64,000 nucleotides of DNA, taken from the human T2T-CHM13v2.0 reference genome, Homo sapiens. Of this stretch, positions 26,684-43,705 are shown piece by piece. Every line of letters begins with the position of its first letter. The stretch's first letter is position 1. The notes under the pieces were generated by a model, which had not been told where the DNA came from, made no database searches, and worked only from the letters and a program-made list of their open reading frames with translations. The position numbers were made by a program, and so were the translations under genes. Where the stretch lies: the NCBI RefSeq assembly GCF_009914755.1, contig NC_060929.1, one strand, 5' to 3'.

Positions 26684-28163
26684 CTAGAAACAAAGTAATT
26701 TTCAGGAATTCAACAGATGTAGAACAATCTTTAAAATTTACCTTAGTTATATGAAAGGAATTCCTCTTCTAAACCTTTTTGCCTCAAGACAAATGACTTG
26801 AAGGAATCCCCCACACCTCCGCTTTTTTTTCCTAGTCCATGGTGAGGCATGCAAGGAAGCTGGAAAGCCCAAACTCAGCTTCTCTGGCTCTATTAGGTTC
26901 TCCTATTCCACTTACTTAATTGTTCTTGGCTTTCAACATACAACAAAATCTGGATTTATAATTTTTTATGACTTACAAAGCCAGTGCAAAGTTTGGAAGC
27001 AGATTATGAAATAAGTTATTATATAATAAATGCTATCCCAGGTCTACTTCTTTCTGAGTGGAATTCTAATAGAGAGCTCATAATAAAATAGTAACAGCAA
27101 TATTTTAATGGAATTGTAATAATATTATAGTTTTACTAATAACTGACTATAATATTTAAAATATATTTTATTTAACAAATGCTTATATACTATTTACTAT
27201 AAGCCAAGCAATAGTAAGTGCTTTACAAATATTAACTTGGTTAAGTACTTTACTAATAATAACTTATATTTATTACAACCATATGATGTAGATATAATTA
27301 TTATACCTGTTTTACAAATGAGGACATTGAGGCACATAGAGATTAATTAGCTTAGCATAAATCAACTATTTAAGAGGTTATTTTGTTATAGATAAAAAAA
27401 CTTCTCCAAGATGCTAATGCTTTTCCAAATTCTAAGAGATATTAATATGTATTCTGTGAAAAAAGTAGTTTTTTTGTCAAACAGTTTGGTAATGCTGTAT
27501 TACATAGATTATAAAAATCGTTTTCTACAGGTCATGTCACAGCCTTAAAAATATAAATTGTCAGTCTCCAAGTACATTTGACCAAATAACCTTGTCTTTC
27601 ATAGAACATGTAGTGTAGTTCTACAGAATATCACTGGAAAATTCCATGTAGCAGAAGGAATAGCACCAATGCCCTTCCCTTCTCATGACCCTTCAGTACA
27701 CCCATCCCTTCTGATAGTTGTGGGGGCTCAAGGGAACTCTAAACATCCTCAAGAATGTCATTGACCACTTACATGTCTGTTTCCCTTGTACTTCTATGGC
27801 ATTAACTCACAAGACAAAATGTACCTGAAAGGCACCACCTTTACCAGAGCTGAAATATTAAGTTTTGTAACTATCACAAAGATCTGAAAAAAAGACAAAT
27901 AGACTCATTCATTTGTGAGGGAATCAAGAAGCAGTTCACTATGGGAGGCTTTTGCGATCTATTAGACATTTGGATTTAAAGCAGAAAATTCGACCAATTA
28001 CTCAGGCGCTTCTAACCAAGGGGCACAATATTTTTCTATCAAAGAGGAGCAAGGATAGTTTGAAAGTTGTAAAGTGATGTTAGAATACTGAAAAGAAAGT
28101 AAGGCTAATATAAATACTTGTAAATTCTCTACCAATAAAATTGTGTTAATGTAAAAGTACACA

Positions 28164-28167
28164 GACA

Positions 28168-28201
<34 letters not shown>
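28164..28201. repeat. (CA)n microsatellite
   Basis: Near-perfect CA run. Confidence 0.9.
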
Positions 28202-28394
28202 GCTTTTAAGTTTCTGAAATGGTTTCTTCACTTGAAAATGGAGCTAATTGCTTTTTTATAGTAGTTGTGGAAATTAATAGTGACTAGCACAGGCCTGGCC
28301 TGCCCTATGAAAGGAAACAATACATACTATCTCTCCCATTTTTTCCACCAGGGAAAGTATATTTTAATTTTATTAAAAGGTTGCATACTAAGTT

Positions 28395-29958
28395 CAAAAG
28401 TAATTGCTTGCAGAAACAAAATCAACAAACAAAAATCAAATGTATTTCCCTACAAATAGCAATGAACAATCCAAAAATAAAATTACAGAAACAATTCCAT
28501 TTATAATAGCCTCTCAAAGAATAAAATCCTCAGGTATTTATTTAACAAAAGAAGTCTAAGACTCATATACTGAAAAGTATAAACAATGTTGAAAGATATT
28601 AAGTGAAATCTCAATGAATAGAAAGACATTCCATATTAGTGGATTGGCAGAATTTGTGTTGTTGAGATAGCAGTACTTCCCAAATTGATTTATAGATTCA
28701 AGACAATCATTATCAAAATCTCAGCTGCCTTTTTTTGGTAAAAATTCACAAGACAATTCTAAAATTCAAAAGACCCAGAACAGCCAAGAGAATCGTGAGA
28801 AAGAAGGACAAAGTTCAAGGAATTACCTTCCTGATACACAATTTACTTCAAAATTAGGGTCATCAAGACAGTGTAGTAGTACTGGCATGAGGATAGACAG
28901 ACATATAGATCAATGGAACAGAAATGCATCTAGAAATAAACCCATACATCTATGGTCAATTGATTTTCAACAAGGGTGCCAAGACAGTTCAATGGGGAAA
29001 ATAGTCCTAAATGAATGGTGCTGTAATGACCTAATGGTTATATTGCAAATGAATGAAATTGGGCCCCTTTCTCACATAATGCAAAAAAATTAATCAAAAT
29101 AGATAATAGAACCTAAATTTAAGAGCTGAAACTATAGAACTTTTAGAAGACAATATAGGACTAAATATTTGTGAACTCCAGTAAGACAAAGCCTTCTTAG
29201 ATATGACATTAAAAGCACATTCAACAAAAGAAGAAATAAATATATTGAACTCCACCAGAATTAAAAACTTTAGTGCTTTAAAGGACACCAACAAAAAAGT
29301 GAAAATACAACTCATATAATGGGAGAAAATATTTCCAAGTCACATATCTAATGAGGAACTTACACCCAGAATATACAAAAAATGCTTGGAACTAAATAAA
29401 AAAACCAAATTACTCAATTAAACCATGAGCAAATAATTTGAGTATCTAAATATATAGTTCTTTGAAAAAATATGAAAATGACTAATAAGCATGTGAAAAA
29501 ATGCTCAAAGTTATTAGTCATTAGGAAATACAAATCAAACCTGCGATGAGATACCAGTTCATAGCCATTAGAATAGCTTTAACCAAAAGATGAACAGAAA
29601 CAGTTTTGATGAAGGTGTGGAGAAGTTGATTTTCAATCATATGTAACTGGGGGAAATGAAAAATGGTGCAGCTGTTTTGGAAAATAGTTGGGAGTTCTTC
29701 AAAAATTAAATGTATAATTACCATAAGACCCTGCAATTCCATTCCTAAGTATATATGAAAGAGAATTGAAAATATATATCAATGCAAAAACTTGTACATG
29801 AATGTTCATAGCAGCATTACTCATACTAGTCAAAGTAGGAACAAACCAAATGTTCATTAGCTGATGAATGAATCAACACAATGTGATAGAATGATACAAT
29901 GGGTTGTTATTCTCTCATACAATGGAATGAAGTATTAACATATGCTTTATATGGGTGA
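28395..29958 (+). mobile_element. Old L1 (L1MB-like) ORF2 3' part, interrupted by L1MA; resumes 33196-33545
   Basis: Degenerate ORF2 (DRHIDQWNR); the 3'UTR continues after the insertion (GGATGAATCTTAAAAACATTATGCTAAGTG). Confidence 0.8.
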
Positions 29959-33195
<3,237 letters not shown>

Positions 33196-33545
33196 ATTGG
33201 GATGAATCTTAAAAACATTATGCTAAGTGCAAAAAGGCAGACACAGGCTGCATATTGTAGAATTTCATTTTTATGAAATGTCTAGAATACACAAATTTAC
33301 ATGAACAGAAAGTGAATTAGTGGTTTCCTAGGGTTAGGAGTCAGGTAGAAGGGGGAAAGAAATGAAGCTTGATATCTAATATGTACAAAGGTTTTACTTT
33401 GGGTATGTTGAAAACATTCTAAAATTATATCATGGTGATGGTTATATAAGTCTTTGAATACGCTGAAGATGGTTGAATTAGACACTTTCAATGGATGAAT
33501 TGTATGGCATGCAAATTACATCTCAATAAGGCTGTTTTTTAAAAT
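33196..33545 (+). mobile_element. L1MB-like 3'UTR continuation
   Basis: AACATTATGCTAAGTG...CAAATTACATCTCAATAAGGCTG end motif. Confidence 0.75.
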
Positions 33546-34769
33546 GAGTGAATTCTGTGGGTTGTCTAAGATGCATATTATATTCAAATAGCTGAAAGCA
33601 TAACAGCGAGGACTAAAAAACCATTGACCTTATACTGCTTTACACTATGTACTTATGTTTGTCACAAGCAAAAAAGGGCTTGAGAAAAATGGCTCTCAGG
33701 TCATGAGGAATCTATGAAGGTGACAGCTATTTGTGGAGAACCTGAAGATAGGATTTTATGGAGGTATTTCCAGCAGACCATGCCTGAGAAATCTTTTAGG
33801 AGTTAAGCCAGCTATGAAGAAATTTTCAGTCTTATTCTTTCCTTCCTCCTCTCAGATGTTGATACTGACTTAAAATAATTTAGTGTTTCACATACAGCAT
33901 TGTTTCTAAAGTGCTTTGATCTAATCTGATTTATGTGTCATACTTTGTAACTTTTTGAATATAACTAGAAATATATAAATCAAAAATATATATTTGTGTG
34001 TATGCATGTATTTTCACATATATATGTGTGTGATCCCTACTCACAGATCTCACTATTTTGCCACATAGATGAATGTGTCCTTTCAACTGTGTGTGTATCT
34101 ATACACACACTAAGCCTGGGTAAAAACAAATAGCATGCTATTATTGCCTGATTCTTGCTTCATATTTAGAACCTAGTGACTGATGTTGGCAATGTAGAAA
34201 TTTTTATATCTCTTGTTAAAATTTTTCTTGGAGAAATATCAGTTAAGAAGGTCAGCCACTCAGGAAGCTATTTTTTTTTTTTTTTTTTGTGGTTAGAAAT
34301 ATGTTGGATAGCAGGATTGGAGAGGCAGAGATTCTAAGGCCAGCAGATTAGAACAAGATTACAGTAAGCAATTCTCAAAACTCTCAGTCTCTGGGGAGGC
34401 AAGGAGAGGACTGGTTGTCCCGAGCCGGCAGGCTTTGCTCATTTCTCAGAATCACTGGGACAACAGCTCTGGTTGGCAGAGGGCCACGTCGTCCTTCAGC
34501 CAAAGTACACATAGCATGTGGTCCTCCCCATCTGTAACTCTAGAGTCTAGATCAACTGAACAAAAGGTGATTTTGTAATGTCACCCTTCATCAATCAGAA
34601 CATTAGAAAATGTGATTATCAGTGGGAGTTTTTGGCTGACGTTTTCTTGTAGGCAAACCAAGAGAAGGAAACCATTTCTGCACATGGATAAGAATATGTT
34701 GTTGAAGCACTTTCATCGAAATCAGCACTAATTAGAAATTCTTAGGACAGAACATCACATCAGTTTATA

Positions 34770-34930
34770 GTCATCCAACATATAGATGAGGAAACCGAGG
34801 CCCAGAGTTGTTAAATAACTCGGCTGTGGTGTAGTGAGATAATGTAGAACTGGTTCTAGTTCTACATTAGAACCAGCTGAGTTATTTAGAACTCAGCTCC
34901 TCTTACTTTCAGACTAATGGTTTTTCCATT
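34770..34930 (-). mobile_element. MIR containing a templated insertion
   Basis: GATGAGGAAACCGAGGCCCAGAG core. Confidence 0.65.
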
Positions 34931-36266
34931 TTACTGGTGTCCTCGGGTTTGGTTCAATATTTTCTGGGTTTTATTCTAAATCAAATAAGGTTGTATTTGC
35001 AATTGTGGCTGTTTGTCTTTGGTGCCTCGAGTTTTCATATTATGCAACTCTGGCAGCATTAAGTGAAGATTCTAATTTTCTAAAGTCCAATATGAAGCAA
35101 TAGAAATTGATAGCAAACTATCTGCCTTCTGGCCAAAAATTTAAGAGGGGTTTCTTTATTATGTAAAGGGGAGAGTATAGGAGATTATCTTTACTGATTT
35201 TTTCTTATGTTTCAAATTAAGGCTCAGTTTTTCTGTTTTCATAGCCTTCTCTTATATTTCCTAACATCATCTAAAACACAGGTTCAGTCTAATGAATTTA
35301 GAACCCCTGGTAAAACCCCCAGTGTGCTCATGATTGGGTATTCCTGTAGTAGGAACACTAGAAGAAAGAGCTATGTGATCTCCTGAGGTTTCTTCCAGGG
35401 TGTCTCATTTGTAAGGTAGATGTAGTCCTGAATCAGCATGAAATCATGGAAAAAGCCTGGGTTTTGAAGTCTGGATTTGAATCCTGGTTCCACCATTTGC
35501 TAGTTGGTAGACTTGGTCAGGTTATGTAAGCTTTCTGGGACTCGTTTCTCAGTTTGTAAGCTGAGACTGGATGGTAATATAGGTCTGGCTTCTGCCATTA
35601 GGCTCTGCTGACCTACCCACACGTCACACAGCCTATGGGAGAGAATACCTAGCTATATTCACTTCACCTCTTACTCTCTTACGTTTTCACACCCTTGTTG
35701 CTTAGCCCTCTCTTTTTTTCTATATTTGCTTAACTTCTTTCCTTTTGGCTTTATCGCTCATTATTTGACTCTGGGTTTGCTTTTCATGCTGGAAGACTGG
35801 TTTTGTTTCTCTAGTGTTTTGGCTTTCAACCCACCCATAGGCATACTTTTATCACACCCTCTTTCTCCATTTGCTCCTGACATTTCTGAGTGGTTACTCA
35901 CCCATTCAAGGCCTACCTCCAGGACCCCACCCTGGCACCTCCCAGCTTGATGGGCTTAGACCAGTCTGCTCTAATCCATTCCAAAACTTTCTGAGAGATG
36001 TATGAGAAATAAAACAAGCCATGTTTATGAAGGGCCCATAGCATTGCCTGGCACAAACTATATTTGGAAATGCTAACTTTTACTTCTCAGGAGTGAGGAT
36101 CATGGCCACATACCTCCTGAACATGGTAGCTAAGTATCAGAGATAGGGCTGGTAGGAGTAGTAAGAAGTTAATGAGGAAGATGGACAATGATGTATCTCA
36201 TTGCTCCCTCTGACTCATTTGTTCTGATACCTGTTCTCCCCAAGATGATAAAAAGATGTTACATAC

Positions 36267-36408
36267 CCATTGCCCATCAACTGTACACTAGGGATGGGAT
36301 TATACTTCCGTGTGCATACTGCCTTTGTCCTCCCACAGTCCCTTTCATCTGAATTGTCTCCACAGTCATTTTCTCCATTGCATTCTAACTTTCTGGCAAT
36401 GCAGCGGC
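36267..36408 (-). CDS. C6: C6 exon 5 (LDL-receptor class A: [24 protein letters not shown]...)
   Basis: Acceptor ctag|GCCG at 36408, donor TGG|gtatgt at 36267; 142 nt; DCxDxSDE motif. Confidence 0.97.
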
Positions 36409-36804
36409 CTAGTCAAGAAAAGCAAACAAAATCAATGCAACAAATTATCATTTTAGAAAGTATTTATTAATTTGAAACTCAAATGCTTTAAATTTCAAGG
36501 TAAAGTTGAAGGCAAGTCTTCACTGTTTTTGATAGAGTTTTAGGGAGCACATAAAAATGGAGCGATAAACTGATAAATTTCCACTTGTAAGATTATAAGG
36601 GTCACCACAGAATTATTTAGTTGCTGATTGTCTTTAAAAAGAGAAATAATCCTAGAATATAATTCCCATTACAGTGAGCCGCTATAGAGATCATGTTCAG
36701 TAGGAGAAAATTAACAAGAGGTTCAGAATTTTGTTTTGATCTAGGATGGGAGACTCAAGGTCACTGTTTTTATTTAAAAACCTGTAACTTTATAGACACA
36801 CACA

Positions 36805-37100
36805 CAGATGCACAGTCACACACAATAACATGGTTGGATCTCTCAAATTTTATGTTGGGTGAAAAAAGCCAGACACATGAGTCATGTCATGTGATTCCTT
36901 TATATGATGTCCAGGGAGAAGGAGGGGGAATTAACTAGAAAGGAGAAGGAGGGAGCTTTTTGGGTTTATGGGAATTTTCTATATCTCGATATAGAAATCT
37001 GTATTTTCTATATCTTGACATAGGATTGTTTACATGATTGCATAATTTGTGAAAGCAAAATTGCACACTTAGAATTGCATATTTTACTATATATAATTAG
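36805..37100 (+). mobile_element. Old L1ME-like 3'UTR fragment
   Basis: ACATGGTTGGATCTCTCAAATTTTATGTTGGGTGAAAAAAGCCAGACAC. Confidence 0.6.
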
Positions 37101-40100
37101 TACAGATTTTATTAAATATATTAAATATATCTACTATCTATTTTACTATATATAATTACTGTATATAATTGTTTTCCTGCATATAATTTGCTATATCTAT
37201 TTTTTGGACAAGTTAAGTGTCTAGATACTACAGTAGCAAGTAGAGTGAGCAAATTTAGAAAATGGTACAAATTCCATGTACCCAAATAATTACCTTCCAT
37301 TTCTGACTTACTGAATTTCATAAGGATCCTTGGAATCAGTATATAACTATATATTATAGAAATTGAAATACTTATGTGCAATGACAGATATCTCCTCTCC
37401 TGCCTTTTACCTTCTTGCCTGTAGTCAATGATGTTGGCATCTGTACCAGTATGTACAGGTCCAACTGACAATGATTAAAGGTTTTACTTGAGATTATCTG
37501 GTTGATTATTTTAAGATGTGATTAGCATCTCACTACAATTATGCATGACTGTTTTGACTAAAATTCTTGGGAAAATTGGGCATTCTGTTGAATTAATTTT
37601 TTTAATTAATAGTGGGTTCCCAAGAAAGTACTTGGTTTCAACTTTTTTGGTTAATAATCTTCACTTAGAAGGTAGAGTGTAATTAAAATAATTACATTTT
37701 CCATCTTGCATTATGTCAGGACTATTATTATAAAGAATTATAGCTACGAGCACTATAATCACACAGGACTGGAAATGCAGATTGAATTGAATGTCTGTTC
37801 ATCCCATGACTTAACCTGAAAGATGCTCTATTTTTAAACAGTGCATTTCTAGTTTTTTTGTTTTGTGTTGTTTTCAGGACAGAACAGAATGGGCATTTTA
37901 GTTTGAAATAGAGAGGCTATTTATTAAAATATGAATCTATACATATTACATTTTTTAAAAAGTTTTGAACCTAGCACTTACAAATTTAAGCAAAGGTTTA
38001 TTTTTGATATGGTTACACTAAAATCTCACTTTGTTAGACAGAAGGAGGGATACACATGTAGAGTATAGTTCTCATTAGCTTAGCTTTGTGAGCAGAGTAC
38101 CAGATTTGTGAGAATACAAGAAATTCTATCCATTTAGTACTTATAGGGATATCTTAGAGAGTCCATTAGCAAGGGTAGGGATGAAGGGAAGAGGATACCT
38201 CTTGAGGGATGTTTAGGAATAGGCCTGATGTGACATGGGTGAGAATGGTTCCAGGTCATAAAAACTCTATGGAATAGAAAGCATAAGGGGAGAGATATTG
38301 TAAGCCATAAATATATTCTATACCAAAGAAGGAATGAGAAATTAAAGGACAGTTTGAATATTGCAGGATTTGCAGAAGTCAGCATGCTTAGCCAGCACAT
38401 GCATGTATACATTTACACTTGGAACCATGCAATCATTTAGAAATTGCACGTTTTTCCTATCCATTGGAAGCGATTTGTGTCACTGCAATAGTATTATTTT
38501 TTAAAACCAGCTGCAAATTCTCTAGTCTTTTATGCTTAAAATTAGGACTCTGAAAGAAGAGTTGGTATATTGCATGGGAATTAACATAATGGGTAACTCT
38601 TAAAAATCCACGTATACATCAAAATAATCCATTTAGTCTTGGGGACTCTTGGGAGACTCTGAACATCAGTCATAATGGAGGAAAGGCAAGATGGTCAATC
38701 TTTTCAGGAGAGATAGTTCTTTGTTAATTGAGAGCCAAGTATCATCTTGAGTCAGAAAAACAATCATTCATAAACCTCTTACTCCCATTGACAGTGGCAT
38801 TAGTAGATGCTTTTAGGAGAGCAAAACAGTATACCATCTTCAATGGAATATTTAACAACCAAAAGGCTATGACATCACCCAGTCCGAATGGATGCCAACT
38901 ATATCTGTGACAAGGATTTACCAATCAGTTCCTGGATCATGAAAAGATCTAGGGATTTTGGGCTCTGGGAAGCAGGGCATGGGTTACTCAGGGAGTACGG
39001 AGTAGCAGCCGCTTAACAACCATTACAGACACATCTTCATAATACAGTTATTTGAAAATCAGTGGTTATGGACATAACTGTTGATGAACTGGCGATCAGC
39101 TGTGCTTACACTGCTAACCTTTCTAAAATTGTTCATTATAAATTGGTGACCAATGGATGCATCTCAAGGCTTCTCAAACTTTAAGTATTTTTGGCCTGAA
39201 TGCAGATCCTTTGTAATTTTTCATAGATTTATCATCTACTGAATAAGAGTCTTTTTTGCTTATATGTAGTAAAAACCATCTTTCAAGCTTCAAATAGTTA
39301 TACTTCAGTTCTAGAGCTTGATTTTGATACTCTGGATATAATGATCAGGTCTGTATTACCCTCAGCCATTCTCATTCGGATTTTGCTCTGATTCCCTTTT
39401 TTGTCAATTTGTGACATGACCTTATTCATATAGACACAAAATATATCTCCCTACCCACATCCTGCTCTCAAATTCCAGGTTTGGGGTGGAGGTGGATAGG
39501 GGAAAACCCTGACCCCAGCATTCCTGTCTGACATTCAGAAAAAGCTGGCAAAGCTGAGGGCAGGATGCAGGGAGTAAGAGGGGAAAACTTGGGTTCCAAG
39601 GTCTTGGGTCAATTTTCTGTGGAATTGGAAATTTGCTATCTAGTTATAAATACTTTACTTTTCAGGATATCTCAGAGTACACAGAAATGATAGAGATTTC
39701 ATTCATCTGAAATTTAATTTTATTGTAACTTTAAGTTGACTGTTTAGATAGGAGGTCAATGAACTATGGCCTGTAGGCTAAAACTGACCTGAACTATGGC
39801 CAACTGTTTTTGTAAAGAAAATTTTATTGAAATATAGCCATGCTCATTTGTGTATGTGCTTTTGACTTACTCTTTTGGAATTAATTTTAGAGCCAGTCAA
39901 GAAAGTTTTCTACATCATCTCTAGTCATCTTCCAACATGATATCTTAATATTCTTGTCATAATAAATTATATTAAAAATCTTTTAAAATATGTCATTTCT
40001 TTTAAAATTATCCTGATTATAGATTTGTGCAGATCAGGTAAGTGGTCAAAATGGTATAACTGAAAAGCCATAATTTTACAGTGGAATATCTTGGGAATTG

Positions 40101-40242
40101 GCAGCATAACATTCCCATTCCACTCTGCTTAAAATGTGGTGGGATTTCTCTGTGATGGATTCTACTGTTAGTCAATTGGAGTAACTTTGATTTAGTCAAG
40201 CTATTTTTAGTGGGGACTGAACATTTCACAAAAATACATTAC

Positions 40243-40387
40243 CACTGTCACAGCGAAATTTATTCTTGCAGTCAGCCTCTTCAATTTTGCAGAGCTTAGA
40301 TGGAATGCATGGTTGAAAGGCTACCAGAGGCGCAGTGCATGGCTGTCCCCCAAACTGACTGGGACGCAAGACAGATCTAACTTTAGA
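40243..40387 (-). CDS. C6: C6 exon 4 (TSP1-2 / LDLRA start: SKVRSVLRPSQFGGQPCTAPLV...FRCDS)
   Basis: Acceptor tcag|TCTA at 40387, donor GTG|gtaatg at 40243; 145 nt. Confidence 0.97.
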
Positions 40388-41340
40388 CTGAAAGGAAAGA
40401 AGAGAAAGATATAACTCTGAGGCAGGGTCAAGGTCAAAATGTACCTAAGAAAACTGGGCTCCTCAATCACAACAGTGATTTTTCCTATGGTAATATTTCT
40501 TATATTTTTACTAATGATTCTTCCAATTCCATTATTATGCTCCCTTAGGGAAATAATCACCTCTGTGGATCTCTGTTTCCCAACCAGTAAAATGAGGAAG
40601 TGGGTTAAAAAGGTTTCTAAGGCTTCTTATAACTCTGAAACCATATGGTTTATACGTTTTCAAAATAAAATATATAAATGTTTGCTGAGAGTCTCTTGAG
40701 TACAGTAAATTCCTCCAGGCCATAACAGTAGCCTTTCTGTATCTTAAAGATAGTGTGAAGGGATAAATGTGAAATAATTTTGAGGTTCTTTTGCATAAGA
40801 GAGTCCCTGTGAAAACCAATGCGAATGTAGTCTACACTTTAAAAAGATTTTAAATGGCGAGTAGTAAAATGGTGAGTCAAGGGAGAATAGAAATATGATA
40901 GGACTAAAAAGTACTGACTTTGAAGTCAGAAAATTCAATTTATTAATTAATGGGTGTATTCTTGGGCAAATTACTTAACCCCAAATGAGCAATAACTTTC
41001 TCATCTGTAAAATGGGTAGAGAAACACAATATGATGTGAAGTTTGAATAAGATGACACATGAAAGGGACCTAGAACAGTTCCCCTCAGAAAGTAGCTGTT
41101 CCACAAATGAGTTTCTTTTTCTTCCCTGCTGTGTAAATGCTCAACACGGCCCTAACTGTGGTTCACATTGGCCGATGCCCTTACAGGAATGAGTTTGTGG
41201 TGGGTAAATATTTCAATGGGGAACAATAAACAAATTGAGGGACTGCTGTGAGGAGAGGGAATGTAGAGGAAGGGCAAGGAGTGAAAGTTTTGATTCATTT
41301 CCCTCATTTCTGTCTGGTTTAAAATCTTGGACTGAAACCC

Positions 41341-41394
41341 TGTTTTTGTTGTTGTTGTTGTTGTTGTTTTTTTTTTTTTTTTTTTTTTTTTTTT
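41341..41394. repeat. (GTT)n followed by poly-T
   Basis: Seen directly, adjoining the Tigger4 element. Confidence 0.9.
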
Positions 41395-41398
41395 AGTA

Positions 41399-41732
41399 CG
41401 AGTTGAGCATACCTAGTTTGAAAACCTAAAATCCAAAATGCTCCAATATCTAAAAATTTTTGAGTACCAACATGATGCCACAGTGGAGTATTGTATATGT
41501 AAATACTTATCATAAATTTGTCTCATGAACAAAATTATTTAAAATATTGTATAAATTATCTTCAGGCTATATGTATAAGGTATATCTGAAACATAAATGA
41601 ATTTCATGTTTAGACTGTGTCCCATCCCCAAGCTACTACGTTATGTATATGCAAATATTTCAGAATCCACAAAACATCCAAAATCCAAAACACTTCTGAT
41701 ACCAACATTTTGGATAAGGATTACTCAATCTG
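41399..41732 (-). mobile_element. Tigger4/MER46 (Zombi) non-autonomous DNA transposon
   Basis: TA-flanked; TIRs CGAGTTGAGCATACCT / GGATTACTCAATCTG. Confidence 0.78.
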
Positions 41733-42033
41733 TATACACTTTTGCTTTCAGAATTCTCAGAAGGCACAGGCAGTGGAATTCAGAACTGGGTAAGTACAAT
41801 ATCAATACTGGGAGCAAAATTTCCTTTTTGTGTTCTTAAGACAGTAAAATACATAAAATAAACCCCCTCTTCCCCCCACAAAAGTGCTAAATGGAATTTT
41901 CCCTCAATGGAAGCTGAGACAGTTGATTTTCAGAAATTGAAGTAATTCAGCATTACTATGCTGTTAAGCCTGTCAGGGAATCAGAGCCCTCTATTGTGAT
42001 TCATATTTCCTGGAAATGCCCATGGTTGCCTAC

Positions 42034-42190
42034 CTGTTTTTCAATACAAGGGTCACAGTCTGACCATGGTCCAAAATCTCCCAGGAGGCAGTTGATGGGG
42101 CATCTTTGCCAGTTACATTCTCTAGTCTCCTGCTTGCTGCAAATCTGTTCACAAAAGTTTTCCTGGTAGTACTTATCTACTACTATTTGT
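42034..42190 (-). CDS. C6: C6 exon 3 (TSP1-1 end / TSP1-2 start: QIVVDKYYQENFC...DCDPCIEKQ)
   Basis: Acceptor acag|ACAA at 42190, donor CAG|gtaggc at 42034; 157 nt. Confidence 0.97.
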
Positions 42191-42359
42191 CTGTAACCAT
42201 GAAGAAGAAGTTGCTTAGAATGAGTGTATTCACCATATATCCTGCTCCATAATCAAAGTATCATTGAGCATTAACTACAATAAATAGAAAAGAAAGAAAA
42301 TTTTCATGGAAAAATTAGGCAGGTTGGCATATATGCAGTTCTCACCACTTAATAGAACT

Positions 42360-42522
42360 CAGGACATACTTTGTGAGGCTCAGCATAAAATGAAAATGGG
42401 AAACCTCTTGCTCAAAACTAAGAACTTCAAGACAGCAAAGGCAGATCATTAAGCCAAGCATGAAGCCCTTCTAAGTGTGGGGCCTGTGTGGCTGCACATG
42501 TTACACCATGAAGCCAGCCATG
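42360..42522 (-). mobile_element. MER91A-like hAT element
   Basis: AAAATGAAAATG...TTCAAGACAGC...CCCTTCT...CATGAAGCCAGCC resembles the MER91 consensus. Confidence 0.65.
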
Positions 42523-43562
42523 CTGGAGCTCCTCTAATGGACTGGAAGGCAAGGAAAGATGAAAGGAGAGAAAGATCCTGCAAACTGCTTGGAGGAGGAC
42601 AACATAGGGGGCTGTGAGGCTAAAGATTCAAAGAGAAAGTGGCATGAGAGAAACATCCTGAATAATTCACGTGAATTCTCCAGGTAACAGAGGGAAGGGA
42701 ATTTGGAGGAAGCGACATGTGCAAAGATTTGAGGCAGATGAGAGCATGTCCAGGTAGCTCTCCAGGGAGAGCTTGTGTGACTGGCCAGGAATATTTGCTG
42801 TTCTTTTTAGGCAGCAGGGAGCTACTGAAGGACTCTTGAATAGAGGAATATTGTAAACAAATCTGTTTTCACATATATAGTAGATGGTTTATTGGGGAAG
42901 TAAATTGGTAATTTTAATGAGATTCACACTACATATGTAAACATAGTTTTCTAAAATAAGGATCCTAAAAAATTCTCTAATGGTTAAAACACATTAAATA
43001 TATGCTTTTCTCCCCTAACATGTGAGCATTTCCATGGTACAGAAACATTTAACAGAGTTAAAGAAACTGTGGGGGACAAGAAGTCTGAATTGGTGAAAAG
43101 ACTGAATTATTAAATGTTATCAAGAAAGAACAGTTTTGTTGCCATTTTGTATATGCCAACAATCAAGCTAATAGCTAGCAGTTCTGCTCAATTGAGGTCC
43201 TGTTAGACTCGATTTAATGAGTAGAAAATTCTCTATAATTAACTCACTAACTATAGGCAAGCAAAGTTGTATGCTGATTGAAAAAAGCTTGGGTAGTGAT
43301 TCTAAGCAAGTTAAATATTCAACTGAAAGTGTTGCACAGATTCTTAATTAAATTTCTTTGAAACCCCTCGTTCTTGTAGAAAGAACAAAAGTAGACTTCC
43401 TTTCAACCTCATAAGAGAGAGACTTCAAATTTCATCCAAATTTGTAAGTTCTTACTTTGATATATATATGTTCCCATTGCTTAGTGTTGCACTCCTGATG
43501 TTGCTGACTTCATCCTTGAGTCCTTCCAGGACACAAAGAAAAGCCACAAAGCTCACACCCAC

Positions 43563-43705
43563 CTGTGTCTGCTCTGGGTTCCAGAATTGCAAGTTTTTGA
43601 GCAGCTGGTCCACTGAGTCCATGCATAGTGATCACAGAAGCAGGCTTGGCCCTTGTTGATCAGAGCATTCAGCAGGATGAAGTACAAGACAGAGCGTCTG
43701 GCCAT
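43563..43705 (-). CDS. C6: C6 exon 2 coding part (signal peptide + TSP1-1, WTQW motif); whole exon 43563-43725 includes 20 nt of 5'UTR
   Basis: ATG at 43705 in GGCATGG context; acceptor ttag|GGCC at 43725; donor CAG|gtgggt at 43563. Confidence 0.97.

Noticed and set aside
39760-39801. TGAACTATGGCC duplicated 30 bp apart
   Set aside because: Small duplication inside a MER58-like fragment; no further signal.
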